Source: Bdellovibrionota bacterium (lineage in GTDB: Bacteria; Bdellovibrionota_C; UBA2361; JBGSMV01). From it: 64,000 nt of DNA. The stretch's first letter is position 1. Every line of letters begins with the position of its first letter. Positions 50,608-60,731 of the stretch are shown here, piece by piece. The DNA is taken from positions 1-64,000 of the forward strand of contig JBGSMV010000080.1 of NCBI GenBank assembly GCA_041739995.1, read 5' to 3'. A program made the translations under genes and the position numbers. The notes under the pieces are model-generated. The model was not told the origin of the DNA and did no database searches. It worked only from the letters and a program-made list of their open reading frames with translations.

Positions 50608-50631
50608 TTTCGCGCCGCTCGTCGCGCGAAA
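50608..50631. terminator. inverted repeat TTTCGCGC-N8-GCGCGAAA between convergent genes
   Basis: Perfect 8-bp stem, weak U-tract. Confidence 0.35.
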
Positions 50632-50714
50632 GGAGCTTGGAGCGAGTGAAAAAGTGCCAAGGAGGGCATTTTTTCACCAGCCTGCTAGTGGGTTTCGCTG
50701 TCGCACTTCCTATT

Positions 50715-50727
50715 TAACAACTTGATT
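50715..50727 (-). promoter_or_regulatory. IHF-consensus site AATCAAGTTGTTA
   Basis: Exact match to WATCAANNNNTTR in an intergenic gap. Confidence 0.35.
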
Positions 50728-50788
50728 CTGAATCGCGGCACGAAACTCGAGCAAACGTTGGGCCTTCAAGCCTTTCCCATGTTGACCA

Positions 50789-51520
50789 CTAGGACGAGCA
50801 CTGCCTCTTGCTTTTATTTACCAAGAACTCCGCGAACTCAAAATCAAGCGGAGAATCAATATCTAGTGCCCTTTCACGGGGAACCACTACGGCCTTCGTT
50901 TTCCCTGCGAACAGTCCAGCATTCTGCAACACAAATTCTGGCCTCGTCGCATAGGCCACCGTCGTTATATCAAATACTTCGGGAGCCTCCTGCCGCCTAC
51001 TATGACGGCCTTCAGAGGGTATCACTACGCGCGCATATCCTTCGGAATCAAGTGCCACCATATTGTAGTACGGATTTCTCGCTGCGGGGGTAACCGTTAA
51101 CACCAGGTCGGCATCGCTTGTGCTAAGAAGTCGAAGACATGCCTCGATATCCACAAGAGATCGTAGCGGCGAGGTAGTTGGAATGGTCAGCAGCGTATCG
51201 AATTGGTCACCACCACGGGTAAGCTCCTCAATTGCGTGCCGCCACACCAACCACTCAGGAGAATCATCTTGAGCAAGACGTGAGGGGCGCATGAAAGGGA
51301 CTTCGGCACCAAAGCTTTGAGCAATTTGTGCAATCTCTTGATCCTCCGTACTCACTACCACTCGCGAAACAAGATCACTTTTCAATGCAAGTTCTATGGC
51401 ATAACCAATGAGCGGACGGCCTGCCAGGAGCTTTATATTCTTTCGCGGCACTCCCTTAGAACCACCACGCGCACAGATTAGAGCTATAGTTCGTGGCTTA
51501 GCGATATTTTGGTCGACCAT
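50789..51520 (-). CDS. neuA: CMP-nonulosonic acid synthetase (NeuA/LegF/PtmB)
   Basis: ARGGSKGVPRKN, VSTED, PTTSPLR, DIDSP.DF. Confidence 0.93.
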   Translation of the reverse strand: MVDQNIAKPRTIALICARGGSKGVPRKNIKLLAGRPLIGYAIELALKSDLVSRVVVSTEDQEIAQIAQSFGAEVPFMRPSRLAQDDSPEWLVWRHAIEELTRGGDQFDTLLTIPTTSPLRSLVDIEACLRLLSTSDADLVLTVTPAARNPYYNMVALDSEGYARVVIPSEGRHSRRQEAPEVFDITTVAYATRPEFVLQNAGLFAGKTKAVVVPRERALDIDSPLDFEFAEFLVNKSKRQCSS

Positions 51521-51694
51521 AGCTGCACTACACAAACAGTTGGAATCTCCGTGGCGGGGTCAGTTCCTCTACGATGGAACATGCGAGCCGCGAGACCCGC
51601 GTTTCGTCTCAACGGACCGACAACAATAAAATACTTGGTTGGCTCTGGCCCGGATCCTACAACAACACTCAATCTCTGCACCACAGGCAGTGTG

Positions 51695-52735
51695 TTAGGG
51701 TTCTTGAGCTCGGGCATAGTTTTCAGGGAGACCTACATCAAGCCATCGTTCATGGATAGGAAAGGCACCCACCCGCTTATTCAAACTGACGAGGCAATCG
51801 ATGAACTCAGTCATACCGCACGGTCGTGCCTTCGGAACCAAAGGAAGCATGTTCGGATCAACCACGTACAATCCCGCATTGATCGAATAGTAGAGGGTTG
51901 GCTTTTCCTGTACTCCGGTAACCTGATTCTCCGCATCGAGCGACACCACTCCGTAGGGAATCTTCACCTCATAGGAACTGACAGTAAGTGTGAGGTCTGC
52001 ACGATTCGCATAATGGAAATCCACGCACGCACCAAAGTCAACCTCGGTTACCAAATCTCCATTCACTACCAGCAGCGGAGCACTAATTGATCCGTTAAGG
52101 AGGCGCAACGGGCCCGCCGTTCCAAGCTCTGCTTCCTCGCGAATATAGGAGATTGAACATCCAAATTGCTCACCACTTCCGAAATGCTCTTCAAACTTAG
52201 ATCCAAGATAATTGATCGAAATCGCTATGTCGGTGAAGCCTTGCAGCACGAGACGTCGAACCAAATGCTCGATCATAGGTCGCCCACGTACAGGCAGAAG
52301 GGGTTTCGGCGTAAGATCGGTGAGGGGTCGCAACCGCTGCCCTCTCCCACCTGCGAGGATAAGTACTGGATTCTTTCGTGGCTCTTTGCGCGGAACAAGT
52401 TCAGGAGAGGTTATGATATCAACCAGCATCCTTTTGTCGTCCACCACTGGAATTTGTCTGATCTGATTCGCACGCATCAGGCTGTAGATCTGCGGAAGGC
52501 GGAACGATCTATCTACCACCACAAAGCTCTTGTTCATTATCTCTGCGGCGGTGATGGTGAGATTCTTGCGATTGATCAGCGCACGACGGCAGTCACCGTC
52601 CGTTACGGTACCCAGCACCTGCTTATCATTCCCAACGACGATACAGATCCCAAAGGGACTCTCTTGCAGAGTCTCCAAAACCGTCTCGAGATCGGCGTCG
52701 GTGCCCACACATATTTTGTCGATTGCATTCGACAT
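51695..52735 (-). CDS. CBS-pair plus nucleotidyltransferase (PtmE-like GlcN-1-P guanylyltransferase)
   Basis: GTVTDGD.RR, LAGG.G.RLRPLT..PKP, LGTAG, NGD, WLDVG; GAGGAG RBS. Confidence 0.9.
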   Translation of the reverse strand: MSNAIDKICVGTDADLETVLETLQESPFGICIVVGNDKQVLGTVTDGDCRRALINRKNLTITAAEIMNKSFVVVDRSFRLPQIYSLMRANQIRQIPVVDDKRMLVDIITSPELVPRKEPRKNPVLILAGGRGQRLRPLTDLTPKPLLPVRGRPMIEHLVRRLVLQGFTDIAISINYLGSKFEEHFGSGEQFGCSISYIREEAELGTAGPLRLLNGSISAPLLVVNGDLVTEVDFGACVDFHYANRADLTLTVSSYEVKIPYGVVSLDAENQVTGVQEKPTLYYSINAGLYVVDPNMLPLVPKARPCGMTEFIDCLVSLNKRVGAFPIHERWLDVGLPENYARAQEP

Positions 52736-52827
52736 AGAAACACTACTCCTCGCCACTTTTAGATGCGGCGCGAGGCAGTATCGCCGCAAGGCGTTGTTGG
52801 CCCTAACTAGCTATAATATCTATATGT

Positions 52828-53760
52828 TTAGGTGAACGCGCAGCCTATTCCTGCTCCTGGATACCAGTGAGATTCTGGGCGCTCAGGAAAGAAGAGGAAC
52901 TTCCTGCCCGTGCGGGAGGCGAACTGATAGAGACTCTCTGATGAGTGGGCGTTGTCACCAAGGACAATGGCGTGGTCAGTGAGCATAGATCTGATGGTGT
53001 CATATTCTCGTGCCTCGTACTCGGCCGAGTGATCGCTATCATTGATAAACAGGTCGATTCGCTGATTTAGAGACTTGAGCGATTCGATAGAATCCCCGTA
53101 CACGATCTTCCCTACCTCACTGTATTTGCCCTGAAGGAGGTATCCTGCCTGAGGATTGATATCGGTCCCAATGTAGACTCCCGGCGCACCTTCAGCCGCG
53201 TTTCGAAGCAGGGCAGAAGCCAAGACGACGGATCCTAATCCTTGCTCGACTCCTGTTTCGACGATTACTCTGGGCTTCATGGCGCGCGCAATCGCGTACC
53301 ATCCCAGGCGACGTCCAAAATCGAACTGTGGATCAATCCCCATGTACACACCGGGTTGATTGACGAGCGTTGAGATATGCTTTCGAATCTCAGAATCTTG
53401 ATCGAGCTCGGCAATGTACTGATGGACTCTCTCTGGGGAGGTCCGCGCAATAACTGCCACAAAGGCAGCTAAATAGTTCTTGTTTGTCTGATTAATCGCG
53501 TAGGTAAAGTTTGAGCCTTCTTGCGAACGAAACAGCCAAGAAAAGATATCTTTCAGCGAAGGCTCGAAATAGGTCATGGCGACATGGAGGCGCGCTTCGA
53601 ACTCTTGTGCCTGGCGGTCGGAGCACGTCAGCCCTTTATTGGTGGCCTCCGAAGCACAATGCACCAGGATCTTCTCGAACGCCTTTTGAAAAAGGCCTAA
53701 AGCGTGCCCAGCCGTCGGTGAGACTGAGAACTCTGTAGATTGAGCGGCTTGATTGGTCAT
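52828..53760 (-). CDS. class I SAM methyltransferase (Methyltransf_24-like)
   Basis: KP..IVETGV..G, IDLFINDSDHS..YE..E. Confidence 0.85.
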   Translation of the reverse strand: MTNQAAQSTEFSVSPTAGHALGLFQKAFEKILVHCASEATNKGLTCSDRQAQEFEARLHVAMTYFEPSLKDIFSWLFRSQEGSNFTYAINQTNKNYLAAFVAVIARTSPERVHQYIAELDQDSEIRKHISTLVNQPGVYMGIDPQFDFGRRLGWYAIARAMKPRVIVETGVEQGLGSVVLASALLRNAAEGAPGVYIGTDINPQAGYLLQGKYSEVGKIVYGDSIESLKSLNQRIDLFINDSDHSAEYEAREYDTIRSMLTDHAIVLGDNAHSSESLYQFASRTGRKFLFFPERPESHWYPGAGIGCAFT

Positions 53761-53809
53761 AGCAATTTCCTAGGGGTCCTCGATAGGGTCAAAAGGTTTA
53801 GATGACTCA

Positions 53810-54979
53810 TCAAGATGAGAGTTTCACCGAACTAGGAAGGTTAATAATTCTGCCCACCGCCTGCTCAGTGGTAGAGAGGTCCATTCGAGGGCAGGCCGCG
53901 TACATGGGTAGCGTATGCAGAGGCTCCCACGCAGGTCGAACAAAGATATTCTGGGCAACAGCCTCGTTTATAAGGGAATCACGGAGACCTATATTTGGCT
54001 CATCAAGAAGCGCCGTATTCAACCAGTAGTTGCTTTTGGCGTACGAGGGCTCTTGAAAAATTGTGAGGCCCGAGACACCCCGAAACAACTCCAGGTAGCG
54101 TTGAGCGAGCGTCCGCTTACGACCGAGAAAGCCAGGAAGCTGCTCCAATTGAGCCACTCCTAGCGCGGCGTTGATGTTGGGCAAGCGGTAATTGTATCCA
54201 ACTTCATCATGGGCATACCGCCAGGCATGCGGAACTCGAGCCGTTGTCGTGATATGCTTAAGGCGTGTGGCCAGCCGCTCGTCATTTGTCAGTATTGCTC
54301 CGCCGCCACCCGTCGTAATGGTTTTATTCCCATTGAAGCTCAATGCCGTCATTACTCCGTGGCTTCCGCTATGCCGCCCTCTATAGAGTGAACCAAGAGA
54401 CTCAGCAGCATCCTCTATCAACGGAATTCTATATTTTTCGCTCACGGCTTTTAGGGCGTCCAGATCGACGGGGTGGCCGAAGCAGTGCATCACTATCAAC
54501 GCTGCAATTCGTCGCCCAGACTGGCGATTACGAAATCCTTCCTTCTCGAGCGTCCCAACGCGATCGAGGTATGCGTCAAGTTTCTGTGCATCGATACCCA
54601 AGGATCCCATTTCAATATCTGCGAAATGACACTGAGCGCCGCAGTACGCAACGCTGTTAGCTGTCGCGATAAAGGTCAACGAGGGAAGCAGTACTTCGTC
54701 GAGGGAGGTAACCCCAAGCACTCTTAGGATCGCGTGCAGTGCCGACGTCCCGTTTGCCACTGCAACTCCAAACTTGGTTCCCGCATATGAGGCGAGCTCC
54801 CTCTCATAACGGTCAACGAACGGCCCCACCGAGGAAACCCACCCAGTATCTAGACACTCTTTCACGTAGCGCCATTCATTTCCCTCAAAACACGGCTCGT
54901 GAAGCGCATATAAAGTTTGTGGATCGGGACAAACCTCACGCAAGGCTTCGACAAATCTTTGAGGCAGGCTGTCACTCAT
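53810..54979 (-). CDS. legC: LegC-family aminotransferase
   Basis: LHEP.F.GNE, GWVSSVG, EDAAESLGS, SFNGNKTITTGGGG, GYNYR.PNINAALG. Confidence 0.92.
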   Translation of the reverse strand: MSDSLPQRFVEALREVCPDPQTLYALHEPCFEGNEWRYVKECLDTGWVSSVGPFVDRYERELASYAGTKFGVAVANGTSALHAILRVLGVTSLDEVLLPSLTFIATANSVAYCGAQCHFADIEMGSLGIDAQKLDAYLDRVGTLEKEGFRNRQSGRRIAALIVMHCFGHPVDLDALKAVSEKYRIPLIEDAAESLGSLYRGRHSGSHGVMTALSFNGNKTITTGGGGAILTNDERLATRLKHITTTARVPHAWRYAHDEVGYNYRLPNINAALGVAQLEQLPGFLGRKRTLAQRYLELFRGVSGLTIFQEPSYAKSNYWLNTALLDEPNIGLRDSLINEAVAQNIFVRPAWEPLHTLPMYAACPRMDLSTTEQAVGRIINLPSSVKLSS

Positions 54980-55077
54980 GTGCTAAGTTTATATTGTGTC
55001 CCATCAATCCCGAAAGTAATCTTTGCAGGCTTTGGTTCCGAAGCGCCCCTATCAGCCGTTAGAAAAGATTGGTTTCT

Positions 55078-56088
55078 ATGAGTTTGAAAAATAAAAAGGT
55101 CCTTGTCACCGGTGCAGGCGGCTTCATTGGTAGCCACTTAACTGAGGCCTTAGTCGCTCAAGGAGCCTCAGTGAAAGCCTTTGTTCACTATAACGCTCTT
55201 GATTCAAGAGGATGGCTCGACTCCATCGACTCCAAGATTGCGCCACACATCGAGGTAATCTCAAGTGACATTCGTGACCCTACGGCTGTACGCAACGCCG
55301 CAAAAGGCATGAATGTGGTGTTTCACCTCGCGGCACTAATCGGCATTCCCTTTTCATACGAGGCGCCGGATCTCTACGTGGATACAAATGTGCGCGGAAC
55401 GCTCAATGTGCTGCAAGCAGGTCGAGAACTGGGTACCGAGCGCCTAGTGGTCACCTCAACAAGCGAGGTATACGGCTCAGCTCAATCGGTGCCTATGACC
55501 GAAGCGCACCCGCTGCACCCACAATCGCCCTACGCGGCAAGCAAGGTCGGCGCGGATCAACTAGCGCTTTCATTCCATCGCTCCTTCGCTACACCAGTGA
55601 CTGTCGTTCGCCCATTCAACACTTACGGGCCACGCCAATCTTCGAGAGCCGTTCTGCCCACCGTCATTAGCCAAATCGTAAAGGGAGCAAAGACGCTAAA
55701 ACTTGGCGCCCTTGCTCCCACGAGGGATTTCTCCTTTGTAAGTGACACCACCAGCGCCTTTATCACCGCAGCCACCAACGAACGCGCCATCGGAGAGGTG
55801 ATTCATTTTGGGAGCGGATTTGAAATTTCCGTGGGCGATGCGGCGCGTCTTATCGCTCGCCTCATGGACTGTGAAGTTCAGATTGAGGAAGAAAATGTCA
55901 GAGTGCGCCCTTCTACCAGTGAAGTTGACAGACTTTTCGCCGATATCGGTAAGGCTCGCGAACTTTTGGGATGGCAACCAGCTTTTTCTGGGCTCGAAGG
56001 CTTCGGACGTGGCCTTAAAGAGACCATCACTTGGTTTAGCAATCCAGCGAACACTCAACGATACAGAGCTAATCACTACGCGATATAG
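55078..56088 (+). CDS. legB: NAD-dependent 4,6-dehydratase LegB
   Basis: TGAGGFIGSHL, HLAALI.IP.SY, STSEVYG, QSPYAASK, RPFNTYGPRQS.RA, RP..SEV.RL. Confidence 0.9.
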   Translation: MSLKNKKVLVTGAGGFIGSHLTEALVAQGASVKAFVHYNALDSRGWLDSIDSKIAPHIEVISSDIRDPTAVRNAAKGMNVVFHLAALIGIPFSYEAPDLYVDTNVRGTLNVLQAGRELGTERLVVTSTSEVYGSAQSVPMTEAHPLHPQSPYAASKVGADQLALSFHRSFATPVTVVRPFNTYGPRQSSRAVLPTVISQIVKGAKTLKLGALAPTRDFSFVSDTTSAFITAATNERAIGEVIHFGSGFEISVGDAARLIARLMDCEVQIEEENVRVRPSTSEVDRLFADIGKARELLGWQPAFSGLEGFGRGLKETITWFSNPANTQRYRANHYAI

Positions 56089-56099
56089 AAAAACGCTCA

Positions 56100-57080
56100 C
56101 TAGGAGAAATGGGGGTGCCCCTGCCTCGCTTTTGCCTCGTAGGCTTGAGACATTTCGTCAAGAACGTTCAATGTTTTCTTACTCAATCCCTTCGCAAGCG
56201 CTTCTCGTCGATCGGTACGGCCCGAGGAAGGCTCTTTGCCCGGTAATTTTTCCCTCTTCTTAATCATCTCCATCGAAGGGAGGACAGGCTGCTGTAAGAA
56301 CTTGGCCAAACGATCAACCTCAGCATCAGGAGAAACAACCAAATCTTCGTATCGCAATTGAAAGACTTTCTCCTTCTCTGATGCCGCAAGCCGGGTCCAT
56401 CGATCTTCCGAACGCTGAGCAATGGTGGCGATCGACCGAACAACTCGCTCCTCGGCCGAAACATCTGCATAGTCCTCAGCCCAATCTAAGGCGAACCAAG
56501 GCACCAACCCCTTCCCCTTTTTGAACGGAATGACGAAGCCCTTAGGGTCCGTTCCCCAGCGCCCACCCCAACCACGCTGCAACCAAGAAAAACAAAGATC
56601 CAAGGGGTGCCGATCTAAACGCACGACTCGAAGCTCCGGAAGGAAAGAGAAGAACAGATCGATGAAGGGGAGAACTTCGTGCATCACATAGGGGAGATAA
56701 GGAGGGTCCGATTGAAGCTTTGCCATGACCTCGGTGTCGTCCGAGCTTAAGCAGCGCTGGAGGTAGTCAGCAAAACGAGGCGACTGAACAACCGAAGATT
56801 TGTCCGATAGTCTGAAGTTCAGACCTCGACCAACCATTAAATCATACGCGGTGTTGTCGAACTGAACTTGCAACAGAGAAGTCGCCGTTTCCCTTGAAAT
56901 TTTTCCGAACGACTCAAGGAACGGGACATGCTCAAAAATACTGTGGTATTGAAAGTGCTCAACATTCGAGATACCTGACAGCACGTTGGACACGAGAAAC
57001 TTTCCGGAGCGAGTAACTCCTTCTACGAATAATATGCGCTCCACCAACCGAGCGCGATCTCCTAGCGGATAAGATTTCAT
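56100..57080 (-). CDS. sulfotransferase-fold protein
   Basis: FVEGVTRSGK (5'-PSB-like), RHPLD..FSW (3'-PB-like), LRYEDLV..P. Confidence 0.72.
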   Translation of the reverse strand: MKSYPLGDRARLVERILFVEGVTRSGKFLVSNVLSGISNVEHFQYHSIFEHVPFLESFGKISRETATSLLQVQFDNTAYDLMVGRGLNFRLSDKSSVVQSPRFADYLQRCLSSDDTEVMAKLQSDPPYLPYVMHEVLPFIDLFFSFLPELRVVRLDRHPLDLCFSWLQRGWGGRWGTDPKGFVIPFKKGKGLVPWFALDWAEDYADVSAEERVVRSIATIAQRSEDRWTRLAASEKEKVFQLRYEDLVVSPDAEVDRLAKFLQQPVLPSMEMIKKREKLPGKEPSSGRTDRREALAKGLSKKTLNVLDEMSQAYEAKARQGHPHFS

Positions 57081-57089
57081 AGATTCTAA

Positions 57090-59357
57090 CTATTCAGTAA
57101 AGACTTTGCGGCCAATAGCTATTTCGGAAAGCAAATAATTGGAAATTTCAGGCCTCACCAACCATTCAGGCGGTCGCTCTCCTTTCAAGAGACTGGAACG
57201 CAGCTCGGTGCCACTAAGCGCCATAAACGATTCCTCGGCAGAGGTTCGTTCGCCATAAGCACCTTTCGCTGCCAAATACCCCACTTCGTCAAAAAATATT
57301 GGCTTAATGTCAAGATCAGGAAACTCTTCGAATATGCGCCGTGCTGCGTCCTTTGCGTAGAACGACCCCACTCCCGCATGGTCCCTTCCCACAATGAAGT
57401 GAGAACACCCAAAATTCTGCCGACAGAGCGCCGTGAATACTGCCTCTCTTGGTCCTGCAAATCGCGAATATGAAGCAAAAGTGGAGAATAAGACCTTGTT
57501 CTCTGGGTAGTGCGCCCGCAAAAGAATCGAGTACGCACGAATAATTGCCTCTGCTTCAAAGTCGCCCGCCTTTCGTTGGCCCACCACTGGATGGATAAAT
57601 AGGCCATCACACTCCCCACGTATCATCGCCTCGTGATGAAGATACTCATGGGAGCGATGAGGTACGTTGCGCGAATGAAATCCTACTACTCGAGTCCAAC
57701 CGCGACTCTCGAAAATCTTGCGGACTTGAAGCGGTGTAAGTTCGAAATTCTTTTGCTTCGCAGGAGGTCTACTAAAAAGTGATACTCTGCCGGCCACCGA
57801 AAAGCTTCCCCCGCCGAGTATTCGAGCAACCCCCGGGTGTTTAGAATCAACGGTGCCAAACCAATCACGACAGAGGTCCTCTACCTTAAGTGGGAAGACC
57901 TCTGAAACATGCAACAGCCCAAACGGGACTTGATCTCCCTCCGATACCAACTTAATCACTGGGGCGCTGCCAAAACTCCGTGCCCGCGCTTCCTCTACCT
58001 GAAGAAGGATCGGCATCGGCCAAATCTTCCCACCCGGAAGACGCTTATTTGCCAGAACCGAAGCGAGCTCTTCGGGCCCCATGAACCCTTGAAGTGGACT
58101 ATAGGTGCCGATAGCGAGCTGCTCAGCGTCCATCGCTTGCTCGATACGAAGCTCCAACGCCGGAAGTGACGCCAAATAATCCTGGGGAGGAGGTCTCTGT
58201 AAAAGTCTATCGACGAGCTGTCCTCCGTGTGGACGAATAAGGCTGGCACCTACCGTGGGGCTAGTTAAAAATTTCGAGCGCTCGAGAACTTGTATCAGTT
58301 CTTGAGTGCCTCCTCTCATTTCATCAGTCGAACCAAGGAAGAACAGAGTCTGCTTCCCTACGGTTTGAATTAAATTGATAGCCTCAATCGGGTGCTTCCC
58401 GACCGCTGTCTCAGCTGCCAAGACCAAGCCATCTGCGCCGTCGACAAGCGTATTAACGATATCATTGATCTCGGCCCGACTGGGCTTGAGACTGGCCATC
58501 ATAGTGTCTAAGAAATTGGTGGCAACAAATACGGGTATGCGCTTACCGTTTGCTCGATGGATGATAATCTTTTGCGCAAACGCTACCCTTTCAAGAGGGA
58601 CTTCTCGGCTAAGATCTCCTCGATCAATCAGGATGCCATCGGAGCAATCAAGTATTGAATCTAGGTTCTCTACCGCTCGCTTGGTCTCAATTTTACTGAT
58701 TACAGTTGCCTCAGGGTAGAGCTCTCGCACTTCCTGAACGTCTTCACGAGAGTTGACAAAGGAAAGGTTGAGAAGCGTAATTCCGTGTCTACGAGAAATT
58801 TCTATCGCTGCTCTATCCTTCTCACTCAGCGCCGGCAGTTGAAACTGCTGGTTCTCTACAGAGACCGCTTTATTGTTACCAACGTCTCCTCCCGTAATTA
58901 CAGTGCACTCCACGTAACCAGCACCACTCAGGTCCGTGAGGCTGTCGACTCGTAGAATAGCAGTGTCAAAGTCAACGAATATAAGGTCACCAACTCTCAG
59001 ACTTGCGACCGCTTCCGCCGGCCTCAGAAACAACTGACTTGAGCTGCACTTGACGGCCTTACGGTATAGGCGCAGCGAATCTCCAGTGCGAAGAGCTACC
59101 TTGGCGACCCCTAGGTCCCCGGTACGAATCTGGCACCCTTCGGTGTCAACAATGATAGGTGTAGAGATCTCGTTTCTTATCGCGCGGATCGTTGTTTCGA
59201 GATCTTCGATCTTGGTATGTGACAAATTGATACGCACATAATCCACATCCCTAGCCGCGATTTTGCGAAGCATTTCCGCTGAAGACGTAGAGGGTCCCAA
59301 AGTGACGATGAGCTGCATTGCTCCGCCCTTCTCGCTCCGAACCGGTAACTTCGCCAT
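57090..59357 (-). CDS. fusion of divergent pyruvate kinase (A/B domains) and ATP sulfurylase (Sat)
   Basis: PK: IVTLGPS, RINLSH, DTEG.QIRT, SKIET, RGDL, PSRAE..D, ETAVG.HP. Sat: PHGG.LVDR, YSPL.GFM, FHSRNVPHRSHE, AGPREA, HFIVGRDHAGVG. AAGGAG RBS precedes MAKLP. Confidence 0.9.
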   Translation of the reverse strand: MAKLPVRSEKGGAMQLIVTLGPSTSSAEMLRKIAARDVDYVRINLSHTKIEDLETTIRAIRNEISTPIIVDTEGCQIRTGDLGVAKVALRTGDSLRLYRKAVKCSSSQLFLRPAEAVASLRVGDLIFVDFDTAILRVDSLTDLSGAGYVECTVITGGDVGNNKAVSVENQQFQLPALSEKDRAAIEISRRHGITLLNLSFVNSREDVQEVRELYPEATVISKIETKRAVENLDSILDCSDGILIDRGDLSREVPLERVAFAQKIIIHRANGKRIPVFVATNFLDTMMASLKPSRAEINDIVNTLVDGADGLVLAAETAVGKHPIEAINLIQTVGKQTLFFLGSTDEMRGGTQELIQVLERSKFLTSPTVGASLIRPHGGQLVDRLLQRPPPQDYLASLPALELRIEQAMDAEQLAIGTYSPLQGFMGPEELASVLANKRLPGGKIWPMPILLQVEEARARSFGSAPVIKLVSEGDQVPFGLLHVSEVFPLKVEDLCRDWFGTVDSKHPGVARILGGGSFSVAGRVSLFSRPPAKQKNFELTPLQVRKIFESRGWTRVVGFHSRNVPHRSHEYLHHEAMIRGECDGLFIHPVVGQRKAGDFEAEAIIRAYSILLRAHYPENKVLFSTFASYSRFAGPREAVFTALCRQNFGCSHFIVGRDHAGVGSFYAKDAARRIFEEFPDLDIKPIFFDEVGYLAAKGAYGERTSAEESFMALSGTELRSSLLKGERPPEWLVRPEISNYLLSEIAIGRKVFTE

Positions 59358-59453
59358 ATCTCTCCTTCTCTCGCCTACCGCATGGAAACATGCCACGCCC
59401 GAACAAGAGAGCGCCTTAACATGATGCCTCAATGAAAGTGTGTTTGAAAGTGG

Positions 59454-60731
59454 CTATGGAGCAGGTGTTAGTGTCAGCAAGGGCTCCCGCTGACGAGCGA
59501 CTCCAAGCCAAAGCGCGGCAAGCACCGAAGTAACCACAGCGCTCAGAATCAAAGTGCAGGCGAACTCAGATGAAATAGCCCCTGCGGCAAGCGCCGTGGT
59601 CGCAAGCACAATCCCGGGCCCCCCACGTGCATTCATGCACACTCCGAAAGTAATGGCAGTAGAGGTACTCAACCCGTTAAAACGGGCACTCACAAATGCA
59701 CCAATTATCTTTAGGGCGCTGGTCGCAAAGAGGAACAGAACAAACTGTGACAGTATGAAGTTCTCGCCAAGATGAAGGTTGAGCCCAACAAGAAAGAAGT
59801 AGACTGGCGCAAAATAAGCCATCACTATTTCTCGAAAGTGCTCGTGGGCCCGTTGCACACTTGCTTGGTCACAGGCTCGCGCTCCGATGCCGCCAAAAAA
59901 TGCTCCGATGGATGGGTCAATACCTCCAAGGCGGGCGGCGGCTGCACACACCAGGCAAGCGATAATCAGAATGCTTAGAGGCGCAGGCTCAGGGGCATCT
60001 TGTTGAGTTGCCGATGAAATAGCACGATGAATACGGGAGCGCAGTTTGAGCACTTGGGCCAACAGCCTGGGCACCAAAAAAGGAAAGAGAAATACGAACA
60101 CCAAGAAGGGCGCTCGAAATAGCATATCCATCCAGGTTGTCTCTGCTGCACCTGCTTGAATGGAGAAAGCCACGGCCAGCACTGCCTAAAGTAGGAGATC
60201 CTCTAACGTCGCGGTCGCAAGCACAATTCGTGCAAACCGCGTCTGAAGGATTCCAAGATCCATAAAGATTCTGGTGATGACAGGGATTGATGTCACGGAG
60301 GCGGCTATAGCAATCATCAATAGCAACGAGACAGGGTCGCACTTCACTCCGCATAGAGTCTGATAATCAAGCGCGGGGACGATGAGCAATGCGGCCATAA
60401 AGGGAAGCACCGCGCTTCCGATCGCGAGTCCAAAGATCGTCTTACCCTCCTTTCCAATCGATTTTCGACCTATTTCAAATCCGGCAACAAACATCAAAAG
60501 CACTGTACCGAGAGCACTCAGCAGAATAAAAACTGGGTTGGACTGAGCATTCTCCCCCCACAATATGCGGTGAGCTCCTGGAATCAATCGACCTAAGATA
60601 TCTGTCCCAAGCAAAACGCCGGCGAAGATCTCACCAACCACTCTTGGAATGCGCACCAGCTGGCACAACTGCCCAAGCCCTAACGCCACCGCAATCGCCA
60701 CAGCCAGGGTGATGAACACGTCACCTACCAT
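59454..60731 (-). pseudogene. CPA2 cation:proton antiporter interrupted by in-frame TAG (60186-60188)
   Basis: P.VVGEI.AG..LG, TSIPVITRIF.DLG and MNARG motifs; both halves are in one frame, reading DLLL*AVLA where Trp is expected. Confidence 0.8.

Noticed and set aside
60186..60188. Pyrrolysine or recoded TAG
   Set aside because: Many genes in the window end in TAG, no pyl genes are seen, and the position corresponds to Trp (one base change)
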